Origin: Paramecium tetraurelia
Taxonomy: Eukaryota
Direction: 5' to 3'
NCBI GenBank assembly: GCA_000165425.1
Contig: CT868563.1
Coordinates: 248,001 to 312,000, forward strand
Length of the DNA stretch: 64,000 bases
Part shown: one piece after another, positions 29,290-41,771 of the stretch
Position numbering within the stretch: position 1 is the stretch's first letter
Layout of the letters: every line of letters starts with the position of its first letter
Program-made: the position numbers and the translations under genes
The notes under the pieces: model-generated
Told to the model about the DNA's origin: nothing
Databases searched by the model: none
The model's input: the letters and a program-made list of their open reading frames with translations, nothing else

Positions 29290-31416
29290 ATGAATAAATA
29301 ATAAGACATTAATAGAAGATTGGCCCTATTTTATCATCCATTGTTTTTATAATTAATTGATTTATGGATGTCTTTGTTAGGGAATACTAAAATAGGATTC
29401 ATTCCATTTATTGAGTTAAATATCAGATTGCAGAAAGCTCTGTTGTTTGAGTTTAATCTAAAAAATTCATGTACTATTTATTAGAAATTGAGTTATTTCT
29501 GCCTTGAATGATTGGCTAAGAGAAGTATAAGATTGCTATGATTTAAAAACATTATACATAATTGAACCAATAAACATTGAAGATGAAATAAAATAACTTC
29601 CATTTGAGCCAACACTAACTTCTCTAGATTACAATAATTTTATGATAGAGTTTTAAGACAACCCAGCTTAGTAGTATTTGAATGTTAAAATTAATTCAGA
29701 AATACTCGGTAAATTTTTCTTTGATTTATCCACATCTTGGTGTACTCATCTAGACATAGAACTCTTCCACATTTTTGGATTTACATTATTTTTTGCTGTG
29801 ACAAAAGGAGACAAGATAAAATAGTCATAATTTATGCCATTATATGATATCTAAGCCTTACCAAGGTCTTTTTTCGAAGATTCAACTAATTTGAAAATTA
29901 CATACTAAAAATTCAAGAAGAAAAATTTAATATATTATAGAGCATGGTGTGAATGGAATTATTTAAGAATGCCTGAAATAGGAGAGACTATGTTTGACAA
30001 ATTAATTTCTTTATTTCCAGATGAGTAAGTTATATAATAATTTAAATAGTGCAAGAGTAGAAGATTTTTATGATTACTTTTCTAACATAATAGAAATTGT
30101 TAGTAAAGAGATCACATCGTCGCTTCAAAACTAAAATACAAAAGATAAAGATGTACCCAATAAAAATCACGAAAATCAGTAATCTTAGATTCAATAAGAG
30201 AATACTCAATAATAAGATTCTAAAGATGATGAATTTCAAAAATTGTCATTAGAATAAGATGAAGCAATGTTATGGTATGAGTAATAGAAAAAGGAATTGC
30301 CTGAAGAATTCAAGGGTATGAAAAATAATAGTATATATAGAACAAAAATCTGATGTTTTAGGAAGATGCTATTTATAATAGATTCAACCATTGCCACCAG
30401 ACTTATTTGTGTTAAGATATAATGAGAGAGAAAAATGTTATGTTTTAGAAAGGAAAGTAAAGATTCCAATAATTGGTGTACAAAAACCCATCGTAAACAC
30501 TACAGGAAATGACAGAATTCAATTATAAAAATAATATTTTAAATAGGATAAGGATACAAGCTTATTCTATACAAGTAATCCAGTCAATGATGTCACCGTA
30601 ATAGCATAATAACAAAATCAACCAAAATAATAATAATTGCCTAAAGTTAAAAAATAGAACACTCAATTGGAGAGGGTGAATAAGTCATTTTCACAATATG
30701 ATAAAATTAATACTCAAGAAAAAGGAAATATACTATTGCCACAATTTGCCTAAGAATAGTTGGTGTAAAAACAAGCAAATACTCCTGGAATCAGATTGTT
30801 TGAGTAATATTCTACAGAAATCAATGTCAAGAAAAGAGAAGTCAAATAGGATCTTCCATTGTAATTAATTAAGCATCCCAGATCAACTGTTACTGTTGAT
30901 TTGAAGGAAGATTCTCATAAGGAATTGGGCAGAATTAATCTGACTCCCATTTAATCATTTAGATAAGCTTCATAATTACACAACACCAACTTGACCTTTA
31001 AATAGATTCAATCTATTTAAGATAGTAAGCATTTATGGTAGTCAATGATGACTTAAGAAGAAATGGAGGTTTTGCTATAAGATGAGAAGAAGTTTTATCA
31101 TATGTTGCATCTTTTGAAGTTGAAGTTCAATTTTGAGCATAGGTCAGAATATTTGAAATAATTTAAATTAAAGCTAGATAATATTTCTAAAAGAGATGAA
31201 ATGGGAGGAATATTAACAAATGAAGATAGAAAAAGATTCCATGAGAGAATAACTATAATTCTTGAAAGAGAGAAGAAAAGAAAGAAACGTAGAAGAAGAA
31301 ATGTGATTGATCCATACAAACAAAGAAATAGGAGTTGGTCCATAAAGACTAAATTCAAGAACAGAAATTGCAGAGAGTAATTTAAATAGATTTTTATAAC
31401 TCCTTTGATTTAATGA
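29290..31416 (+). CDS. hypothetical protein
   Basis: Long code-6 frame with short introns (MNKQQDINRRLALFYHPLF...LNIRLQKAL...SALNDW...). Confidence 0.7.
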
Positions 31417-31450
31417 TACATTTTTAAATTGTTATTTAATAATTAAGTAA

Positions 31451-33759
31451 TCATTCTATTTATTAAACACACTTTAATTTTAATGAAATTATTGAATACA
31501 ATGTTAAGTAATTGTGTAGAAACTTTCTTTTGAAATAATTTTGAACCTTCATTATTGCCTAGATTTGCTCATTCTTATTATATTTTTCTAGTTTTTATGA
31601 TTCTACTTCTTCAATTAAAATTTGGTTTATAAAATTAATTAATCTGTCCTTATTTTTAAATATTTCAAAATTTGTAAAATATTAATAGATATCCATTTTT
31701 CTAATTATTTCTTCTTGGAAAGTGGACTCCATCTTTTTTTGTAACAATAAATAATTATCTCCATGTATTTATTACAATTCTTATTTCAAGTCCTCTTAAG
31801 TAAATTCTTGACTTGAATTCATATTCTTAATTTATTTAATCCAAAAAAATTAAGTTGCTACATGAAACGCATTAACATTTATTTGTCCTTTTGAAATCAT
31901 ATGCACTTCTCTGTAAAGTTCAGCGATTTAGCCAGAATTTAAAGAGTAGTTGGATGATACGAAATCGTAGAACTTTTTAAAACTAATCGGAGGATTTGGG
32001 AAGACTGTAAATAATTGTTTATATCTTTGATTTCTGTCAGCCCTGAATATTTCTAATAACAACTATAATACATATCCTGTTTGAACTAATATATTATTAT
32101 TAACAACTATTGAGGCTTACTTTAATGATTTCAGAATCATGCTTTGGTTTTATTTATTTAGCTTACTCAAAAATAATGAAATGATTTTTTCTGCCTTTTC
32201 TATTTTTATATAATTAACTAATTCATATATTGCATCAAACTATTAAATCCACACTCCTTTAATCAAGAATCTTGTGTGAAGATAAAAGTATAATTCTTCC
32301 TTTGTGTATATTTCATTTAAGAAATGGCGAAATTAAACAATCTCCCAAACTTTATCAAAACTAGGTATCATCAATTAAATATAAAATCTATTGATATATT
32401 CTTAAGACAAGAGTTTGTTATCCTTTGGAATTATTTATATTTCATGTTTTTCCAAATAAAAGGTACTCAACCATGAGAAGACATAGGATTGAAAAGAGAT
32501 GGAATAATCCTTTTGCATTTCCTGATACATGCCATCCATTATAGCTCTAAGAGTACCCATGAAATTCGAAGACATCTATTAACTCTCTATTTAATGAGAC
32601 AATATGTCAAGAGTGGATTTATCTAAAAACTAAGAAAAATGCGGATAATTGAATCTCAATAAGGAGATATCGAATTGATCATCTTATCTAACTTGAGAAT
32701 TCTTATTATTCTAATCCAATGAGGAAGATACGAGATATTTAAAAAAAGCCTATTCTGACTCTAATGGCTTTGCTATTTAAGCAATTTGAACTTCTTCATA
32801 ATCCATCCTACTCTAAAATGGGGGTTCTATCTCTTTACTTCTTTTCACAGTTAAATGGTCTATTCTATTTTATAACACTTTTATTATATCTTCAAATAAG
32901 GTTATTTTATTAAGCTTCTATAAAATGGAATACTTATAGCTAATTAAATCCTCCTTTGACATGTAGAATAATTCAAAATATCTTTGTTTTTGTTCTTGAA
33001 GGTTTTGAACTTCAAATTAATAATTTTTTATTTACTCTTCCTACACTTAAACTTACATTTACAATTCTTTTATTATACTAATTTACATCTTATCCTGCCT
33101 TTTTGCAAAAATCAGTTGCTATTTCAATTCCATGACTATCTAATCATTTCCAGTTTATATCACTTACTATTCTTCAATTATTTAAGTTTGCTCTTATATC
33201 TGTTTTTTTATTAATGGCTTTATTACACTTTCTTTATCCTTTATTTCTTTTAAATTATTACTCAGAATCTCTACTGTTCTTTATAGCTATAAGTTTCTCA
33301 ACACATATTAATTTTTGTCTTGTATTTTCAACTTATTTTATTTTATCTAATCCTTTTCCAATAATAGTTATGTATATTCTTTTAATTTTGTCTCCTTATC
33401 ATCTTTATATTTGCTATATTAATCTTCAAGCTCCTATATTTTACATTGCAATTCATCAAAATATTTCAAACAACCTTGCATAATCTTAATAAATTAAGCA
33501 ATTATCGTATCAACCCTAATATCATCAAACATTCCCAACAAAAAGAAATAATGTTAAACTTTCTCCTTAATGGATGGAAATCTCAGACTAATCTGATGAA
33601 TCAATTGCTAATATCTAAGTTACTCAATTCTTACTTTTATTACTCATATTTATCATAACTCCCTTATCTAAAAGAATTATTAATAGGTTTTAACATTCGA
33701 GGGGTTTGAGCAAAACCTTTTTCAGAATCAAATAATTTTTTCATTTTAATAATACTCAT
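31451..33759 (-). CDS. hypothetical protein with N-terminal coiled coil
   Basis: Long minus-strand frame with short introns. The start could be 33759 or 33744. Confidence 0.65.
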
Positions 33760-34165
33760 ATTTTATTTTAAGCTTAAGCATTATTAAACTTAAGTAATAT
33801 GGATAATTTAATTAATTTCTAGGAACTCTCACAATGAGTTCTTGGAATAAATTTCGAAGAGTTTGAGATTGAATTCTAAAGACACTCATCACTCGATTTA
33901 GGTTTAGATTTATTTTTATAATAAATATGATTTATTTATAGATTTGATTCTTAGATTAACACATTAATCACATTATTTACTAAACTAAAAGTTAAAAATA
34001 TATTACAAAGCTATCTGGAAATACATCTTTCTCTATATTTGCTTAATAGTTGATATATTTAAATAGATTTATCAAGCAATTAAGATTAACAGATAAATTT
34101 GAAATAATTTATGATATTTTTAATTCATTGATTATTTGTAATATATTAATTAAATAAAATTAAAA

Positions 34166-34881
34166 ATGTCCAAGGGAGATGCTAAAACATTGAAAGAGGA
34201 GATTCAAAAACTATACGATCCATTGTTATTCTATTAACATGGTGATAATCCTGCTTATAAAAGATACGTTGAAATAATGTAAGAAAATGCTCAGGAGGGT
34301 AAGCAAATAGATCCAAGAACCTATTTTGTTAATAAATTGCAGAGGTAAATAGTTTGTTAACATTACAAAGAATACATGTAGCAAGAAACATTTAAGATTT
34401 TGTAGAGAGGGACTTAAAATGCTTTAACTTTGTTCGAATCTTCCCAGTTTGGATATGTACAACAGGATTCTTTTTATAAGGTAAACAAACTTATCCTAAA
34501 TGTAAGCCGCATTAACTCATAGATAAATGTTTTTGCCTATTGGGTAGAGAGGTATAACCAGCATTAAATAGACATCATTCTTTTACAAGTATTAATCTAG
34601 TATTAAGTAATTCAAGTTTTGGGTATGTCGGATTAGCAGGTTATGGATTATATTTGTTTGGAGCATCTTACTTATGGTGGTAAGTCACTAAAATGACAGG
34701 CACCAAATTCTACAAGCACTGCTTATTGGGAGAAAGATAATGGTCGTATGAAAGGGAAAGATAAAATAACACTTACGGAAATTACTACTTTAAAGATGTT
34801 CCTTTATCATGCGAAGAAAATTTCCCAGATCTAGCTAGAGGAGAAATTGCTAAAAAGCAAAGACCTAAACCAGAATGGTGA
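34166..34881 (+). CDS. small membrane protein of unknown function (possibly mitochondrial)
   Basis: MSKGDAKTLKEEIQKLYDPLLF...GLAGYGLYLFGASYLWW...RPKPEW*, with short introns and two hydrophobic segments. Confidence 0.75.
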
Positions 34882-36277
34882 TATATTAATATTATACATT
34901 CATATATCAATATAATATAATTAACATATGATTTAATAAAACAATTTTTGTGTTGCTATTACTATAAGTATTCAGGATTGATTTAGAATCAACAGAAAAG
35001 ACATAAGACAAAATTAAATATCATTTCATATCCATTTTATTAACCTCTTTAACTCAGCATTCGGAAATAAAGAATAATGCTATAACTAAGGAAAAGTAAA
35101 AATAATCTAACACTACATTTATTATTGATGAATAATCATGACTACAAAGTTTTTATAGAAACCTTCATAAGATAAAACAATGAATCTTTCTTTCTTTAAG
35201 TACTATTGAAAATGCTTTTCACTTGTAATAAACTAATTATCACTCTTTGGTTGAAGAACCAGTTGCTATGTATCAAGAAGGCGTTTAAGTTTATGTTGGA
35301 TTGATAGATCTTATTAAATATTATTTTTTATGATAAAATTAAATTATATTGAATTTGCTGATAAAATTTTAGAGAAGAAAACCGATACATCCTTTTGTCT
35401 AATTCATATCCACAAATAATTAGTACATTTCTTTAGGGATTTCAAAATTTTTGCAGACAGAGGTGAAAAAATTAAAAGAGCTTGCAATAATAAATTATAT
35501 AATAATAATACCAATAAGGGTTATAATAATTGAAGACAGTTAACCAGATTTAAAATATATATTTTTCGAAATCTCTCAGGTCAGCTTGATATGCATTATA
35601 ATAAGCAAATTTATAATAAAAACAAAATAAATAACAAAATTAGTCATAATTAGAGAATTAGGATTTATCAATTAAACTAGATTATAAATTGGGTTAAAGA
35701 AATTAAAAATAAAAAGGGAATGACCTTAATTATAATTAATTATGTAAGCAAAGAATAAAATTAAAGTTTTAATTATATTAATTTCAGCATATGTATAAAT
35801 TTATCAATTGTATATCATCTAATTTAATAATTTTTTCATTGATATACAGAAAGACTAAAGAATCTGAGCTTCAAGCTGTCAATTTAATTGAGTCATAAAA
35901 TTTGAAATAAAATTGTCTAATATATCCAAATTAAATTGAATTTTAATAAAAAGAAATTGATATCATTATATAAAGAGATTTATTAAAGAAAATATTCGTA
36001 AAAATCTCCTAATTATCAAATAATACTGAAGTCCCAACCTTTTATCACCTTCATTAATCAAATAAATATTCCCAATTTTAACAATTGTTGATAATTTACA
36101 AAGAAATAATCAAATAAATTTAATCTGAGATATTTGCAGTGTTCATCAGAAGCAAAATAATAAGATTATATAACCATTATCACAAAACTATTGTCTACTT
36201 GTTTAAAAAATACAAGAGAAATAAATATTCTGATAATATATTATGTGTATATAAATTAAATTTTAGATAATTAAAAT

Positions 36278-37290
36278 ATGTTATAGCAGTGCCTCAAAAT
36301 ATTCAGGTTTAGCTTTGCTGCAAATACACCCTCATTAGCTACACCATGGTCATTGAAGCCATTCAAGACTGAGGTATCTGTACCAATAATCAGATTTCAT
36401 GATGCATAGCCTTCCGGGTAATCAATTACTTTGGATTAAGGTATTAATTTATTTTATTTGAATTATAGAAATATTTAATCAGCCTATCAGAAGAGATTTG
36501 GTCTAAAGATTAGTGAGATATACTGATTTGTATGATAAAAAAGTCACTAAAGCAACTTTGGCATTGAGAGATGCTGCAGCATCAGGGGCAAAAAATCATC
36601 CGCAAAAAAAGACAGGAAGAGCACGTTAAGGACATAGACAAAGACCAGGAAGAAATAAAGGTATTAAAGCGCATGGAAGGAAAATAAGATCATTAAGAAT
36701 TGATTTACCAAGGAAAGTTAGATTATAAGCTTACAAGGTTGGTTTGACAGCTGCACTTATTGAAGGTAAATTCACTGTCATAGACACTGAAAAATTAAAT
36801 GAAGGAAAGACTAAGCATTTGGTTTAATTGATGAAGGGGTTTGAATCTTTTACTTAACCATTGTTAATTGTCACTAGTGTCGATCCAGATGACTTATTTT
36901 TAAGGGCCTCTCGCAATTTAGACTCTTTGGAGACATGCACTGTTAAAGAGTTCAACATTATTAAAATTCTTAAATTCAAATCAATTCTTATTACAAAAGA
37001 AGCTATTTTGCAATTGACAGAATCATTAAAATAAAGGAAATTAGCTCTTTTGGGAGATAACAAGATCATCAAGAAGGTATATAATTAATTAATCAAAAAA
37101 TTAGAAATATTCAGAATATCCAATTGAAGAATATGACCCTACTAAACCTTTGGATCTCAAATTCAAAGTGTTAAGAGAGTATTTGGAAGACTTTGAAAAA
37201 TTAAAACAAGAGGGATAATTAGATAAATTTATTTAAGATATGCCTAAGACTAAGAAGGTTGGACGTATTAATACAATAAATCATCATTGA
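36278..37290 (+). CDS. MRPL4: mitochondrial ribosomal protein uL4m
   Basis: PIRRDLVQR..KATL..SGAKNHPQKKTGRARQG..AHG..LPRKVR bacterial-type L4 signature plus a presequence-like N-terminus. Confidence 0.88.
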
Positions 37291-37342
37291 GAAAATTATT
37301 TGTTTTTAAATAAAGCATTCATATAATTATAATGATCATTTC

Positions 37343-40300
37343 TCAAATGTATCTTTGTTATTAAGGGTTTTATTATATTTCATACTCTCTCTATAGAGAT
37401 TTCATTTTTTATTTTAGATTTTAAGATGAAATTGCAGCTTAACTTAAAGTCTTTTTGAAATTTTCAGACTCTTGTTTTAATCTTTCCCATCCAGAAGACT
37501 AATCTAATTAACTGTTATCCTTGATTCCACTTTATTAGGATTATTACGAGACATAGGACGATTCATTTTTGTAATCTAAATTAATAAATTATATTTATAC
37601 TTTAACTATATTTTTAAGGTTAATAGGCCTTTTCCAATTCTTATAAAAGCTATTCATTTTGATCTTTTAATTGTTGGATTTCTTATAATGTATTCATCTA
37701 CATTTATCTTTCTTAAATGATAACTTGCTCCATCTCATTTACTCTCTTTTACTCCCAAGATAATTAAGCATCTTTTAAGTCGACTTATTTTTGTAGGTCT
37801 CTATTAGCATTATCAATGTATTATTTTTCCCTTTCTAACTAGGCAATTTGTCTATTAAAGTCTTCCTGGGCAGCTTAAAACCCTGTAGAAATCTTTCTTT
37901 ATGAGTGATACTCTTTTCCTAATTGCTAAATAATAAAAAATTTATGATTACATCTCTTTCTTTAAGTAGTTCTCTAATTTATCTTTCATATTCTTCAGAC
38001 TTTCTATTCAATCTTTCAATTTCACGCTCATATTATTGTAATTAGATTTAATATTGATCTTCTCTTTTTGATGCATTTTGCATTTAAACTTTAAAGAAGT
38101 CTTCTTATTTTTCTAATTCTACTCCTCGTTGTAACACATCCTCATGTTGCAATGATATCTATTAAATTGAAACTGTTAGTCTTTGATTTTCTGCACAAAC
38201 TTCACTATAATTAAGCTACAAATCATGCATTTCCATATCAAACATTTTAATTTGTTCTTTAAGTCTAATTTCTTATTACTATAAAAATTGGATTTGCTAT
38301 TATTATAATTCTTTCTCTTATACAGATTTGACAAGTTAATTATTTAAAGATTGGTTATCTTTACTTAATATTTAAATATCAGATTTCATCTCATGGAATT
38401 CTTTCTCTTTGATTTGTAGAGTGTATTTTAGATTATCATTTTCATTCTAGAGCTTTTAATTCTTATAAATTTAATCTCTTAATTTCTCCTCCAATTATTA
38501 GGCAGCTTCATAACCTCGTTCTCCTTTTGTGCTAACTTCTGATAATTTTGATTGCTATTTCGACATTTCAGCATTCATTTGCTTAATCTATTATTACAAT
38601 GAGATGTTGGTTTCCCGAACTTCATCTAATTAATTTTAGACTTCATCTCTTTCAAGATCTAATTACTCTAAGGATCGTTTTAATATGACATTCTGTTCAG
38701 ATAATTAATGAACTCTATCGTCTAAATTTTCGTTCAATTCCCTTAATTATAATACTTATCTTTCATCCTCTATCTTTGTGCTATTCTTTTATTATAATCT
38801 TTGTAATAATTCTTCTTTTTATTTTTCCAAACTTTCACACAATAATTTTAGTTATCGAATTTAGTTATCCTAGTCAGTTTTTTATAATTTAAGAGAAGAT
38901 ACTTAGGATTATGATTCAGTTAATTCATTATACAGTTTATTAGATCTTTGAACCTCCTTTTACAATTATTCATTAATATCTTATAAAGTCATTTCGTAAT
39001 TATTTACTTTTTCTGACAATTTTATAGAAGTGTTTTTGATTTCATGATCATTTGTTTTCAATCCATTAATCATTTATCTTAATTCTCTTGCTTCTTTCAT
39101 CGCTTCTTCTTTTAATTTATTTAAAAATTCCATTTATTTAGTTTATTGACTGATTACTGATTCTAATCTTATATTTTCACTCTAAAATCTCTCTTTTTCA
39201 ATTAACATCTTTCTTTCTTAGTCTCTTAATCTTTCTATTTCATTTGTCAAATTATAGTAGTCCATCTCTTTATCCTTGTTTCTTAATAAGTTTTATTAGT
39301 ATTTAAAGGTTTCATCACTTTATTATCGTAAATTCATTTGCAATTTATCATTCTCCAATCTTTATTCATTAAGCAATTCTTAAGCTATTTTAAGCTTCTC
39401 TTCTAATTGAGAGTTAAATATCCCTAAATCTGATATTTATAATTTTAGAGAATTATTCTATTATTAAAGTAATTTTAATTCTCCAACTGTATCATTTTCA
39501 ATCTTTTACTTTTATTCTATTACACTTTATTAATTCAATCGCATCTTTGATTACTCTCTTTTGAATGATTCAACCTCTTATTCTAATGATGCTATATCCT
39601 ATAGCTTTAATTTAATTTATGAATCCAAGTTAGCATTCTTCTGTGCTAATTCATTTATTTGATCATTCAATGCGCGTTTCTGTTATTTTAATTCATAATT
39701 ATCTCTATCCTTCTCTCCTAATTCTTTTTTAATTGATTTTAGTAGATTTTCTGTTGTTTGCACTTCTTTAGTCAATAGATCATTTTCCTTTCTTAATTAA
39801 TCTATTATAAGTTGTTGACCTTAGTTAGGATTTTATTAATGGGACTACTAATTTTTTTGTTCCTATTTAAATTTTTATAATAAACTATCTAAGTTTTATT
39901 TAGAAACATCCATTCTTTCAAATTCTATTTTCAATTCTCTGATTGTTTATTTTTCTTGATCCAATTCCCTTTCCAAATCTCTCTTATCTTGTCTTAATTA
40001 TTATACAAATTCTTTCTCTCTTTCATACTCATCATTTAATTTCTTATAATTTCTATCATATAATTCCTTTTCTCTTTATAATTATTAATATTCTGACTTT
40101 TGAATTTATAGCTAATCATCCATATCATTTAACTAATATTTTAATTTTTCATTTTCTTCTTCTAAATTTTTTAAAGACTACACAGTATTTTCTTTATCAT
40201 TCTTCAAATTATTTACAGCTTTACTGAATACCATCTTATCAGTTTAATATGCTTATACCACTTATTCAGCATTTTGAGCCTTAAATTATAGTTATTCATT

Positions 40301-41333
40301 TTATTGATATAATTACTAAACCTTCTCAACTAATTGTTAATTTTCCTATTCTAATTAATTTAATATTTTTTTGAATTATTCTTGATTCTTTTCCTTCTCT
40401 TCCTCAATGACAGATAATCTTTATTTGATCTAATTTAATTCATTTTTTTTATCTGATTTATTTGGACTTTATTATTATGGTTGACTAGGCTTTTTCCTAA
40501 AACGGGATAATTCTTTTCTTAAATTTGATAATTCATCATTTAACTTTGTATTTTCTTCAGTTAACAAATCTACTTGTGTTTATGTTCTTTAAGCCTTTTA
40601 TTGTGTCTCTGAGAGAAGATGTTCTTATGCTAATTTCTCGATATTCGTGCCTTAAATATCTAATTTTGATTTTAATCTCAAAATCTCCTTTTCTCTATTT
40701 TCAATCTAAAATTCTAAATGCTTGCATTTTTCTTCCAATAATACTTTAGAATTGTCATTCTCTCTAGAATCCTATTGTACTTATATTAATCTAGAAATGA
40801 TAATCATAATTAAGGTACTTCTTCTCTAGATCTTATATTTAGTCAATCAATTTTAATGTTTTATCTGGTTAATTACTTGAAGATAAATAATTTTCATTAT
40901 TTTTTTTAAATAATTCTTCTTGTAATTTCTTTTCAGCATTATTTTTTTAACCTAATATAAATTTCCAATCATTTCTCTCACTTTCTAACATTCTTACTTG
41001 TGATCTCCATTTATTTTCTTTGGTATCACATTCTTCCTTAATTTGAATCATTGTCATGTGTAATTAATTATTTTCATTAACAATCCTTTAATTCTCCTTT
41101 TTCAAAGGTAACAATAATTGTTCAAACTTAGCTGCATTTATTTTAGTCTATTTCATATATCATCAATATACTTCTTCCAATTATTTTTTTAATTATTGAA
41201 AACCCTCAGTAGTTTTAACTAAATCATTTAGTAATCTCTCTACTAAAGGAACAGAGTCTATTCCTAAGGGTTAACAATAATGCAAGGCATCCAATCTCTT
41301 CTTTAGCAATAAAAACTTCCTCTCTTGATCCAT
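37343..41333 (-). CDS. CEP135: CEP135/Bld10 basal-body cartwheel protein
   Basis: N-terminus KFLLLKKRLDALHYCQPLGIDSVPLVERLLNDLVKTTEGF..PLKKEN..NENNQLH, followed by a very long coiled coil. Confidence 0.88.
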
Positions 41334-41771
41334 ATTTGAAAAAATTATATATATGTTAATTAATAAAAAAAAGAATTTTGAAATTATGAATTTTGTAAAC
41401 AGTTAATAAATTATTTATTATTATTTACATATTTCTTTATTTAATATTAATATCTTTTAAGCTAACTTTCTTCTTACCCTTTGTATAAATAAATGCATTT
41501 ATTGATAATAATCTGATAATTGATTAAAATACAATAATTGTTGCTCATTTTCCTTTCTGCTCCACTATTATTCTCATTCTTTATCATTTTTCAATTAGCT
41601 ACCTATTTTTTAAATCTTTTTGAATTAATAAATTTCTAGTAACAAAATACATTATTAGAATATCATTATTATTGTGGATACTCCTATAATCTATTTAGTA
41701 GTTAAAGTTTATTTATTGTTTATTTCAAATTACAGGCTTAAGTTGTTTAATTTTATATTAAAAGTTGATTT

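Noticed and set aside
30042..40749. Many short hydrophobic F/L/I-rich ORFs in the track
   Set aside because: Most are antisense shadows of K/E/Q-rich genes on the opposite strand.
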